Source of the DNA: Candidatus Latescibacterota bacterium
GTDB lineage: Bacteria > Latescibacterota > UBA2968 > UBA8231
Direction: 5' to 3'
DNA: 64,000 nt
Assembly (NCBI GenBank): GCA_965221775.1
Contig: CBDCSU010000004.1
Location: forward strand, 1,056,001 to 1,120,000
The notes beneath the pieces are model-generated. The model was not told where the DNA came from. It worked only from the letters and a program-made list of their open reading frames with translations, and ran no database searches. Made by a program: the position numbers and the translations under genes. Of this stretch, positions 40,865-50,700 are shown piece after piece; the stretch's first letter is position 1, and each line of letters begins with the position of its first letter.

Positions 40865-43018
40865 GTGGAACGAGACGAGGTCGACCGACTTCTGCTGGAT
40901 GCCTTCGAGGGTAAGGTCGTCCGGAAGGACCTTCTGCACCGGATCAAGAAGGGGACCAACGTCCCCACCTTTGTTCTTGAGTTTCTCCTGGCACGATACT
41001 GCGCCAGCGATGAGCCGGAAGAGATCCAAGCAGGCCTGGAAGCAGTGATCGCTACCCTTCAGGACAACTACGTCCGACCCGATGAGGCGAACGCAGCCCA
41101 GTCCAAGGTGGCGACCAAGGGCAAGCATCGTTTCATCGACAAGATCCATGTGAGATATGTCGAGAAGGAGAAGCGGCACTGGGCGGCCCTCGAGAATTTC
41201 AGCTCGAATCGCGTTGCGATTCCAGATCGCTTCTACCGCACCAACGAGAGGCTTCTTGAGGGCGGTATCTGGGCAGAAGTCACGATTGCCCACAACGAGG
41301 TAGACGAGGACGACTACGCCTTCTACGTCGAACAGATCCGACCGATCCAACTGAGCCGCTTCGACTTCGAAGACTATGTAGAGGGCAGAAAGCGGTTCAC
41401 GAGAGACCAATGGCTCGATGTCGTGCTGCGGTCGGTCGGCCTGGAGGGAAGCAAGCTCACCCCGCGGCAGAAGCTGCACTTCATGGCGCGACTGATACCG
41501 CTCGTCGAGGCGAACTTCAACTTCATCGAGTTGGGGCCCCGCGGTACCGGGAAGTCCTACTTCTTCAGCGAATTCTCACCATACTCGACGCTCGTCAGCG
41601 GTGGGCAGGCAACGGGTCCGATCCTCTTCTACAACAATGCGCGCCAACGCATCGGTCTCGTGGGTTATTGGGACACCGTCGCGTTTGACGAGGTCGGGAA
41701 CGTCAAGATCAAGGACCCCGGGGCGATCCAGATCATGAAGGACTACTTGGCCAACGGTAGATTCTCACGGGGTGTCGAGGTCATAGCCGATGCCAGCATG
41801 GCCTTCGTGGGGAACATCGACCACTCCATCCAGCAGGTAGTCAACTCCGCGAAGCATGATCTCTTCATGCCACTGCCGGCGGAGTTCGATCTGGCGGTCA
41901 TGGACCGACTGGCATTCTACCTGCCGGGCTGGGAAATGCTGAAGAACAGCACCGAGTACCTCACGATGAACTATGGGCTGATTACGGATTTCCTGGCCGA
42001 GGCATTCCACTACCAGTTCTCGCACACGAACCGCTACGAAGAGGTCTCACGGCGGATCAAGTTAGGGAAGGCGGTGGAGGGGCGCGATGAGAAGGGGATC
42101 AAGAAGACGGTTTGTGGGCTGCTGAAGATCCTGCACCCCGAGGGCCCACCTTCCGATGCAGAGTTCGATGAATATGTGGCCTACGCGATCGAGGGCCGCC
42201 GGCGCGTGAAGGAGCAGATGAACAAGCGGAAGCCGGATGACGAGTTTGCCAAAATCGACCTATCGTACGTCGCGGCCGACGGAGCTGAGACGATCGTATA
42301 CTGCCCCGAGTCGAAGAGGGCTCGAGCGACGCAGGAGCCACAGCGCCGGGGTCTCGGTCTTGGCATCGAGGGGGAGTCGGAGCCAGCGCAAGCCGCCGAT
42401 GGTCCTGAGGCTATGAGTGGCGCCGGAGGGAGGAATGGAGGGTCCGCGGCTTCCCCCGGCGTTGAGCCCGAAGCAGTGAGTGGGGCTGCCGCGGGTGCAA
42501 TTGAAGAACAGGCCGTGCCTACCGAGGAGGCCGTGGCCCCTGATCTACCCCCGCCATCGGAGGAGCACTACACCATCCGTTACGGCGATAGGGGACACAC
42601 CTACGAGTCGATTGTGGGACCATATCTCAGCGGTGTCCGTGAAGTGGTCGTGGAGGATCCCTACATCCGTGCCACCCATCAGATCCAGAACTTCGTGCGC
42701 TTCTGCGAGGCCGTCCTGAAGCAGTCTACCGTCAAGAAGATCACGCTGGTGACCTCATGGGATGACCAAGACGGGCGCGAGGCAGAAGAGCGTCTTGCCG
42801 AGCTCAAGCAGAGCCTGCTCGAGGCCGATGTGGTTCTGGAGGTGCAGGTGAAGCGGGGTTTGCACGATAGAGAGATCCGACTGGACAACGGCTGGGTTAT
42901 CAAGATTGGTCGTGGACTGGATTTCTACCAGAAGCCGGAGAGCTGGTTCAGTCTGGGTGCCAATGACATGTCTCTGCGGCCGTGCCTCGAGACCAAGGTC
43001 GACATCTTCAGGAGCTAG
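40865..43018 (+). CDS. brxL: BrxL-like AAA+ protein with a C-terminal MIT_C/PLD-like domain (no Lon protease domain)
   Basis: KVVRKDL, NVPTFVLEFLL, ELGPRGTGKS, AFDEV; C-terminus EDPYIR...HDREIRLDNGWVIKIGRGLD. Confidence 0.85.
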   Translation: MERDEVDRLLLDAFEGKVVRKDLLHRIKKGTNVPTFVLEFLLARYCASDEPEEIQAGLEAVIATLQDNYVRPDEANAAQSKVATKGKHRFIDKIHVRYVEKEKRHWAALENFSSNRVAIPDRFYRTNERLLEGGIWAEVTIAHNEVDEDDYAFYVEQIRPIQLSRFDFEDYVEGRKRFTRDQWLDVVLRSVGLEGSKLTPRQKLHFMARLIPLVEANFNFIELGPRGTGKSYFFSEFSPYSTLVSGGQATGPILFYNNARQRIGLVGYWDTVAFDEVGNVKIKDPGAIQIMKDYLANGRFSRGVEVIADASMAFVGNIDHSIQQVVNSAKHDLFMPLPAEFDLAVMDRLAFYLPGWEMLKNSTEYLTMNYGLITDFLAEAFHYQFSHTNRYEEVSRRIKLGKAVEGRDEKGIKKTVCGLLKILHPEGPPSDAEFDEYVAYAIEGRRRVKEQMNKRKPDDEFAKIDLSYVAADGAETIVYCPESKRARATQEPQRRGLGLGIEGESEPAQAADGPEAMSGAGGRNGGSAASPGVEPEAVSGAAAGAIEEQAVPTEEAVAPDLPPPSEEHYTIRYGDRGHTYESIVGPYLSGVREVVVEDPYIRATHQIQNFVRFCEAVLKQSTVKKITLVTSWDDQDGREAEERLAELKQSLLEADVVLEVQVKRGLHDREIRLDNGWVIKIGRGLDFYQKPESWFSLGANDMSLRPCLETKVDIFRS

Positions 43019-43078
43019 TTTGGACACCACCGCCACTACGGAGGGGTGGTTGGCCGAGTGTCGCCCCCTCGGCCACCG

Positions 43079-43789
43079 CTAGCCGGCGGCCTCCACGAAG
43101 CGCTGCGCCAGCTTCGGGCCCAGGCCCTCGTCCTCGTGCTTGAAGAACACGAAGGCGCGGTCCCACCCCTGCTCCAGGACGCGCGCCGCCCACGCCTCCA
43201 TCTCCTCGTCGGAGTAGTCGCTGCCCCGCAGCCGCAGGTAGCCCCAGTCGGCGGTGGCGGCGAAGCGGCGCTCCACGTCGGCGGCGGTGTCGTCGTCCTC
43301 GTGGGCGAAGCAGAGGGCCCGGTTGGCGCCGCGCAGGCAGTCGCGCACGTCGTCGTCGAACCAGCTGTCGTGGCGGAACTCCATCGCCGCCGGCAGGCGG
43401 TCCGGCAGCAGGCCGACGAAGGTGCGCAGCCGCTCCAGGTCCTTCTCGAAGGTCGGCGGAAACTGGAACAGGACCGCTCCCAGACGCTCTTCCAGCTCGC
43501 CGGCGATGCCGGCGAACCAGGCCGTCTCCTCCCCCACGTCCTTCAGCTTCTTGAAGTGGGTGATCCGCCGCGTCGCCTTCATGGCGAAGCGGAACTCCCC
43601 GGGCACGCGCTCCGCCCAGCCGCGGACGACCTCCGGCTTGGGGACGCGGTAGAAGGAGTTGTTGATCTCCACCGACCGGAAGCGCTCCCCGTAGAAGGAG
43701 AGCATCTCCTTGTCGGGGAGCTTCTCGGGATAGAAGGGCCCCTTCCACTCCTTGTAGCTGTAGCCGCTGGTGCCGGCGTAGAGCTCCAT
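43079..43789 (-). CDS. DUF72 domain protein
   Basis: GTSGYSYKEWKGPFYP, VEINNSFY, LFQFPP, EFRH, YLRLRG. Confidence 0.9.
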   Translation of the reverse strand: MELYAGTSGYSYKEWKGPFYPEKLPDKEMLSFYGERFRSVEINNSFYRVPKPEVVRGWAERVPGEFRFAMKATRRITHFKKLKDVGEETAWFAGIAGELEERLGAVLFQFPPTFEKDLERLRTFVGLLPDRLPAAMEFRHDSWFDDDVRDCLRGANRALCFAHEDDDTAADVERRFAATADWGYLRLRGSDYSDEEMEAWAARVLEQGWDRAFVFFKHEDEGLGPKLAQRFVEAAG

Positions 43790-43791
43790 CG

Positions 43792-44508
43792 TCAGACCTC
43801 GATGGCGTAGAGCCGGTTCGTCGCCGGCAGGGTGATGCGCTCGGAGTAGTGGAAGACCTCGGCCGCCTCCGGCGACTCGCCGGTCGGAGTGGGGACCTCG
43901 ACGATGAAGTCGGCGAAGCCCGGGACGTTGAAGGCGACGAAGGCGAGCCGCAGGGCGTCGACGCTGCGCCCGGGGCGGCGGGAGAGGTCGGGCAGGACCA
44001 CCGGCCCGGTGTCGACCTGGTAGATCCCCGGACCGCGGCGGGTGTTCATCGTCTTCACCGGCGCCTCGATGACGGCCCGCAGGCCGGTGGCGGGATCGGC
44101 GATCTCGGTCTGCGAGACCAGCGGCTCGTGGGCATAGGTCGCCTGGAGGATCTCCTCCTGGGTGGTCAGCTCCCGCGCCGGGCCCTCCACCAGCCGGTAG
44201 CTCTGGCCGTCCCACCACCCGTCGGCCTCGCGGGCCTCGCGGTAGCCGTCGTGGCGGACGGACTTGCGCCGGAAGACGATCCCCCACCGCGGCCCGAAGA
44301 CGGGCAGGAAGTCGTAGTTGTCCTTCAGGAACAGGTCCTTCTCGGCGAAGGTGTCCTCGCTCTTGCAGGAGCCGCACTGCACGTAGTCCTCGTGGGCCCC
44401 GGCGCGCTCGTCGATCCAGCGCGTGCGCGACTCCACCCAGAAGCGGACCTCGTTGCCGGGCGCCCGGCCGATGACGAAGGAGCGTCCGTAGTCGAGGGGC
44501 GTCATCAT
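43792..44508 (-). CDS. Hypothetical protein
   Basis: Host-like codon usage, SD GAGGA, translational coupling to neighbours; contains CGSCKSE. Confidence 0.7.
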   Translation of the reverse strand: MMTPLDYGRSFVIGRAPGNEVRFWVESRTRWIDERAGAHEDYVQCGSCKSEDTFAEKDLFLKDNYDFLPVFGPRWGIVFRRKSVRHDGYREAREADGWWDGQSYRLVEGPARELTTQEEILQATYAHEPLVSQTEIADPATGLRAVIEAPVKTMNTRRGPGIYQVDTGPVVLPDLSRRPGRSVDALRLAFVAFNVPGFADFIVEVPTPTGESPEAAEVFHYSERITLPATNRLYAIEV

Positions 44509-47500
44509 CGGGATTCCTCCTCCTGCGTCCTGGGAGTGGGGGCGGGCACCGCCCAGAGGGTGACCTCGACCTCGTGGGTGAGGCGGCGCCAGCGGAAGTC
44601 GGTGGTGCGCACGACCGCGGTCCAGCCGTTGTCGGCGGAGGGGTTCTGGCGGATCTCGTAGTAGCCCTCCCCCTCCGTCTCGAGGGCGAAGAGCCAGCCC
44701 CCGTCCTCGGGCACGGGGCCGTGGACCTCGGTGGTCACCTGTTCCGACTCGCGGCCGTGCAGCCAGGTGTATCTCAGGCCTTCGGCATTGTCGTAGTGGA
44801 TCTCGTAGACCCCCCCGGCGTAGCCCGAGCGCCAGGTGAAGAGCCGTACGCCGTGGTCCCGCGCGCGCAGGGGATCTTCAGTTGGCGGCGGGATCGGGCC
44901 TCTGTCGAGCAAGTCGGACAGGGCCTGCAACGCCTCCCGCTCCAGGCGCCGGGCCGCGCGCACGCGCACCCTGGCCTTCTCCGGCTCGATCCTCGAGCTG
45001 TCCGCTTCCCCCTCGACCACGCCGAGGTCCCGCTGCAGCCCGCCGGTCTCCTCGTCCAGCTCGTCCGCCACCCCCTGGTAGGCGGTCCCCGCGGCCTGGA
45101 GCAGCTCGCGACGGCGCCCGGGGCCTTCGCGGCCGGCCGCGGCGAGGAGGTACCGCGCCGCCGTCCGACGAGCCTCGATCAGCTCCGGCAGCTCATCCGT
45201 GCCCACCTCCGCGAGCCAGGTCCGTGCCTCGCGGCTCTCGGCGAGCCACTCCTCCGTCCACGGGAGCCGCTCCCAGTCGCGGACCCAGGCATCCCAGGCC
45301 TGGAGACCGGCCGGCCGCCGGTGCGCGCCCCACGGCTCCGGCTGGTCCTCCGACCAGGGGGTGAGCCCCAACTCCAGGGCCAGGGCGGCGACGCTGTCCA
45401 CGAGGGCACTCTCGGACAGGGGTTCCCCGGCCCTCTCCACCACCAGGAAGGGACAGTTGCGCCACAGGCGGTCGGGAAACCGGGCCCACCACTGGTCGTC
45501 GACGAGGCGCCATCCCTGCTCGGCGGGCCCCATCTCGTAGAGCTCGACACCCTCCGCTGTCTCCCGATAGCCGGCGGCCACCTTCCACCGCTGGTCCTCA
45601 TCCCCGATCACCACCGGCAGGCCCCAGGAGAGCCAGCCCTTGATCTCCTTGAGGCTCTCCCGCGCCTTGAAGCCGCTGGAGATGCTGTAACCCAGGCCGA
45701 GCCACTCGAGCATGCGCGGGGGCTCGGGACCGTACCTCGGCCACCCGACCGGGGAGTACGGTCCCGAGTACGCGCCGGACCAGAACGGCAGGCGGCTCAG
45801 CGTCGCCAGGGTGAGGCTGTCGAGATCCGCCCGCCGCAGCCCCGCCGCGTCCGCCGCGGCGCCGAGGAGGCTCTCGCCGGTAGGCCGCGGAGGCTGCCGC
45901 AGGAGGATCGAGTCCGGGGCGGCGAGGGCCGCCTCGAGGGGTTCCCCCCTGCCGAGATCGCCCACCCTCTGCTCGGAGAACCAGCCGTCGTAGACATCCT
46001 CGGAGCGGACTCGCGCCGGCGGCGACAGCGGATCGGCACCGGTGACGCTGTAGCGCACGCCGGGGTAGCGGTTGCCGGCGAAGAGCGGATCGTCGATCGG
46101 CTCGCAGACGTTGAAGGAGAAGTCGAAGCGCCCGCGTCTCTGCGAGGCGCGCACGAGGAGCCGGTGTTCCCCGGCCTCCAGGTATCCCGGCAGTTGCACC
46201 TGCCCCAGCATGTGGCGGCGGCGGCCCTCGAACTCGTAGAGGGGCTCGCCGTCGATCCAGACGGAGAGGTCCTCGTCCGAGCCGAGCCAGAAGCGCACCG
46301 AGTCGGGACGCGCCATGGTGAAGGTGGTGTAGGCGTACACGGCGCAGTGGATGGGATCGTCGAAGTGACTGTCGAGGTCGATCTTGTCGTGGCCGAACCA
46401 GGTCACCTCGGACCAGCCGCCGCGTCCGGGTACCGGGCGCAGCGCGGCCGCCTCCTCCGGGGTGAACCGGTGATCGCGCTCCACCGGCCCCAGGAGGGTC
46501 CAGCGCCGGGGGCCCATGCCGTAGTTGGCCTGCTCGGTCCAGTCGCCGCCGCCGTAGTCGATGCCCGCCTTGACGTAGCGCATGGCCAGGGACTCCACGT
46601 CGCCGCCGAGGACGCGGATGTTCTCGTGCACGCCCGGGCCCCGGCCCTGCTGCCAGGCGAGGTCGGCGAACTCGAAGTCGTCCGGGTTGAAGCCCATGAG
46701 CCGGGCCACCACGAGGTCGGTGGCCACCGGGTCGGCGCCGGCGACGATCGTGTTGGCGCGCCGGGGAGTGCCGCCGAAGGCGCCGCCCTCGCTGCCGGCG
46801 ATCATGTCGACCACGTTCAGGTCGACCTCCGTCAGGCCCCACAGGTCGACCCAGCACTCGTCCTGCACGCGCGGGGCGTGGGGGATGCCGGCGGGCCGGC
46901 GGTCGGTGCCGCTGCCCTTGTTCCAGCCGTAGATGTGCCCGGGGAGGATGCCGAGGTGGTTCTTCATCGCCGCGGTGATCTTGGCCCCGTGGGTCTTGGC
47001 CACGGGACAGTTGATCCAGGCATCGGCCTCGACGATGGTGGCGGCGATGTCGTAGTCCGGATCGGCCAGGCCTCCCCCCGGGGGCGCCAGGCGGACGGGG
47101 CGGTCGAAGTTCAGGTCGACGCACTCGATGTCGACGCCGCGCTGCCGCAGCTCGCGGACCGTGGCCCGGTGGCCGGCGATCTCGAAGCCGTCCGCCACCC
47201 TGTACTCCTGGTCGGTGCTGTCCTTCAGGGACGGGCTGATCCAGCCGCCGGCGCCCTCGGCGATGGAGATGCGGGCGCCCGGGGCCGCCTCGTGGACCAG
47301 GATCGCCACGGCGCGCACCACGCGGGCGTCGGTGACGATGCCGGAGCCGGAGGGTTCGGGGATCGTGACGTTCGGCTTGATCGCCACCCGGCGCGCCGTG
47401 TCGGGGACGAAGGCCTCCATCCCCCCCACGAGGTCGACGGCGCGGCGCACCATCTGCAGGACCTGGTCGGCGGTGAGGGAATCGGTGCGCGCCGCGGGCG

Positions 47501-47618
47501 CGGCGAGGGACTCGTCGTCGGAGGGGACGACGCCGACCTCGAAGGGCTGGGCCGCTGCCGGCGACGAGGGGGACTGGGCGAGCAGGGCCAGCAGGAGGAT
47601 CGGGCGAACTCGGTTCAG
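44505..47618 (-). CDS. Exported DUF362-domain multidomain protein (PA14-like middle region); start possibly CTG at 47618
   Basis: VAIKPN, INCPVAKTH, MKNHLG, DPVATD (DUF362); GSDEDLSVWIDG..GEHRLLV; N-terminal signal peptide. Confidence 0.75.
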   Translation of the reverse strand: MNRVRPILLLALLAQSPSSPAAAQPFEVGVVPSDDESLAAPAARTDSLTADQVLQMVRRAVDLVGGMEAFVPDTARRVAIKPNVTIPEPSGSGIVTDARVVRAVAILVHEAAPGARISIAEGAGGWISPSLKDSTDQEYRVADGFEIAGHRATVRELRQRGVDIECVDLNFDRPVRLAPPGGGLADPDYDIAATIVEADAWINCPVAKTHGAKITAAMKNHLGILPGHIYGWNKGSGTDRRPAGIPHAPRVQDECWVDLWGLTEVDLNVVDMIAGSEGGAFGGTPRRANTIVAGADPVATDLVVARLMGFNPDDFEFADLAWQQGRGPGVHENIRVLGGDVESLAMRYVKAGIDYGGGDWTEQANYGMGPRRWTLLGPVERDHRFTPEEAAALRPVPGRGGWSEVTWFGHDKIDLDSHFDDPIHCAVYAYTTFTMARPDSVRFWLGSDEDLSVWIDGEPLYEFEGRRRHMLGQVQLPGYLEAGEHRLLVRASQRRGRFDFSFNVCEPIDDPLFAGNRYPGVRYSVTGADPLSPPARVRSEDVYDGWFSEQRVGDLGRGEPLEAALAAPDSILLRQPPRPTGESLLGAAADAAGLRRADLDSLTLATLSRLPFWSGAYSGPYSPVGWPRYGPEPPRMLEWLGLGYSISSGFKARESLKEIKGWLSWGLPVVIGDEDQRWKVAAGYRETAEGVELYEMGPAEQGWRLVDDQWWARFPDRLWRNCPFLVVERAGEPLSESALVDSVAALALELGLTPWSEDQPEPWGAHRRPAGLQAWDAWVRDWERLPWTEEWLAESREARTWLAEVGTDELPELIEARRTAARYLLAAAGREGPGRRRELLQAAGTAYQGVADELDEETGGLQRDLGVVEGEADSSRIEPEKARVRVRAARRLEREALQALSDLLDRGPIPPPTEDPLRARDHGVRLFTWRSGYAGGVYEIHYDNAEGLRYTWLHGRESEQVTTEVHGPVPEDGGWLFALETEGEGYYEIRQNPSADNGWTAVVRTTDFRWRRLTHEVEVTLWAVPAPTPRTQEEESR

Positions 47619-47740
47619 GTCGGCTCTCCAGGCTGAGGATTCAGTGGGAATCAGCGGACGCCCCTGGAACACTGTCAACGGCGAGGATCCCCGGCCTCCC
47701 GTTGACCCCCCGCCGGGGCGCGCCGAATATTCCCGCCCAC

Positions 47741-50700
47741 ATGGAACGCCATCTCGACCGCAACGACTTCCGCCTCCTCCTCGGATGCGCCATCCTGACC
47801 GTCATCGGCCTGGCGGTGGGGGCGCGCTTCTTCTACGACGCCTTCCCCGAGGCGACGATCGACTTCGACCTCACCCGCGGCGAGGCCCGGGAGGAGGCCG
47901 CCTCCTTCCTCCGGGACCGGGGGTTCGACCTCGACGGCTACCGGCAGGCGGCCCTGTTCCGCTACGACGACGACGCCAAGACCTTCCTCGAGCGCGAGCT
48001 GGGCCTGGAGGGGGCCAGCGCCGTCATCGGCGATCCGGTGCGCCTGTGGCGCTGGAGCAACCGCTGGTTCCGCGAGCGCCAGAAGGAGGAGTTCCGGGTC
48101 GAGCACACGACCACCGGGGAGCTGGTCGGCTTCCGGCACCAGATCGAGGAGGAGGCCGCCGGCGACAGCCTCTCCCAGCCCGAGGCCCGGGCCGTGGCGG
48201 AGCGGTTCCTCGCACGGAGCATGGACCTCGACCCGGGGCGGCTGGAATTCGTCGAGGCGACGACCATCGAACGGCCCAACCGGGTGGACCACGCCTTCAC
48301 CTGGAAGCTGGCCGGCTTCGAGGTCTCCGGCTCCAGCTACCGGTACCACGTCGGCGTGCAGGGCGGCGAGGTGGGCAGCTTCACCGAGTTCCTGAAGGTG
48401 CCGGAGGCCTGGAAGCGGGACTACCAGGAGCTGCGCTCCCGCAACAATACCACCGGCCTGCTGGCCGCCCTCCTGCTCGTAGCCACCTGGGTGGTCATGC
48501 TGGTCCGCCTCGTGTCGAGCATCCGCTGCCAGGACGTGCGCTGGCGCTTCGCCCTCGTCCTCGGGGGGATCGCCTTCGTCCTCAGCTTCCTGGCCGAGAT
48601 CAACGCCCTGCCGGTGGCGGTGTACAACTTCGACACCACCGGAACCTTCGGCAGCTTCCTGGCGGGAGGGGTGCTCCAGGCCGCGGCCCTCGCCCTGGCC
48701 ATCGGCCTGGCCATCGCCTTCATCGTCGCCGGCGGCGAGCCGGAGTACCGCCGCTGGTACGGCGGCCACATCCGCCAGTCGAAGCAGTTCCTGCCCGAGG
48801 GCCTGCGCACCAAGCGCTTCCTCACGGGCAGCGTCATCGGCGTGGCCATGACGGCGTTGTTCGTCGCCTACCAGAGCGTGTTCTACGTGGTGGCCGAACG
48901 CTTCGGGGCGTGGAGCCCGGCGCAGATCCCCTACCAGGAGATGGTCAACACCTACATCCCCTGGGTGGTGGTGCTCCTCATCGGCTTCCTGCCCGCCGTC
49001 TCCGAGGAGTTCACCTCCCGGGCGTTCTCCATCCCCTTCCTGCAGCGGCTCCTGCGGTACCGCTGGGCGGCGGTGCTGATCTCCGCCGCCATCTGGGGCT
49101 TCGCCCACGCCGGCTATCCGCAGCAGCCCTTCTGGATCCGCGGCCTCGAGGTCGGCCTCGCCGGGGTCGTGGTGGGCTACGTCTTCGTGCGCTGGGGGCT
49201 GCTGCCGGTCCTGGTCTGGCACTACATGATCGACGCCTTCTACACGGCCCTGATCCTGCTGCGCTCCAGCGACCCCTACTTCGTGCTCTCCGCGGCGCTG
49301 TCGGTGGGCCTCCTGCTGCTGCCCCTCGGGGCGGCGGTGGTCCTCTACCTGCGGCGGGGGTCCTTCGCCGACGCCGGGCCCCTGCTCAACCGCGAGGACA
49401 GCCCGCCCCTCGAGTCCGCGGCCCCCGCGCAGCCGGCGGGGCCCGATCCCGGGGCCGAGACCGCTCCCGAGTCCACCGCCTACCGGCCGCTGAGCCGCGC
49501 ACGGCTGGGAATCGCCGCCGCGGCGGTGCTGGCGGGACTGGCGGTCTTCGCCCTCGAGAAGCCGGACCTGGTCCCGGAGGTCGACTACCGCCTGACCTCG
49601 GGGCAGGCCCTCGTCAGGGGCAGCGGGCACCTGACCGCCCTCGGCGTCGAAGTCGACTCCTGGCGCGCGGTGGTGACCCAGTCGACCCTCTGGCACGGGG
49701 CCGCCGTGGAGTACCGCGACGAGCGCGCCGGCCCGGCGGCCGCGGCGGCGCTCTACGAGGACGATCTGGCCCCGGCCCTGTGGCGGCTGCGGCTCTACCG
49801 GCCCGGTGAGAAGGAGGAGTGGGAGGTCCGCCTGCGCCCGGAGGACGGCGTGGTCTACGACGTCCGCCACCAGCTCGCCGAGGAGGCGCCGGGAGACAGT
49901 CTCTCCGAGGAGGAGGCGAAGGCCGTCGCCCTGGACCACCTGCGCTCCTACGGACTCGATCCTTCCGCCTTCGTGCTGAAGGAGGCGTCCGCCGAGGACC
50001 TGCCCGGGCGCCGCGACCACTGGTTCGTGTGGGAGGCGAAGGAGGGCGACCGGCGCAACCTCGACGAGGCCCGGTTCCGCTGCCGGGTGCACGTGGCCGG
50101 CGGCGAGGCCGCCGACCTGGACCGGTTCATCAAGCTGCCCGAGGACTGGCTGCGGGAGCGCCGCGAGGGTTCCTGGTGGCGCACCGTCCTGGAGTGGACG
50201 CCGGTGGGGGCGGCCATCGCCGTCTCCGTGCACCTGCTCGTGCTGCTGGTGGGGCACATCCGCTCGGGAACGCTGGCCTGGCGGCGGCCCCTGCGGCTCG
50301 GCCTCTTCGCGGCCGTGGTCCTCGCCCTGGGGCAACTCAACGAGCTGCCGGCGTTCTACGCCTTCTATACCACCGAGATCCCCCTCACCCTCTACCTGAT
50401 CACAGGCGTGGCGGGCTTCCTCCTCGGCTCGGTCCTGCTGGGGCTCCTCGTGGCCCTGGCCGCCGGCCTCTGCGGCTCCCTGTACCCGGGGGCCGCGGAC
50501 CGTCTGAACCGGTCCGGCCTGCGCCCGCAGCTGCGCGACGCCGTCCCCCTCTCGGTCCTCGCCGTCGCCGGAGCACTCGCCCTGGACCGCCTCGGCGGAG
50601 TCCTCGCCGCCGCCTTCCCCGCCGGGGCCCCTTCACCCTCCCCCGAGATCCCGAGTGTCGACTCCTGGGCGCCCGCCCTGGGCGGGCTCCTCGGCGCCGT

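Larger units (their letters stand above)
28265..43060. mobile_element. BREX defence island (horizontally acquired; no integrase seen)
   Basis: Abrupt shift to lower GC and many A/T-ending codons between the convergent SDR and DUF72 genes; contains only the brx genes. Confidence 0.7.

Noticed and set aside
28265-43060. Prophage, ICE or transposon
   Set aside because: No integrase, transposase, tRNA target or phage genes detected in or beside the island
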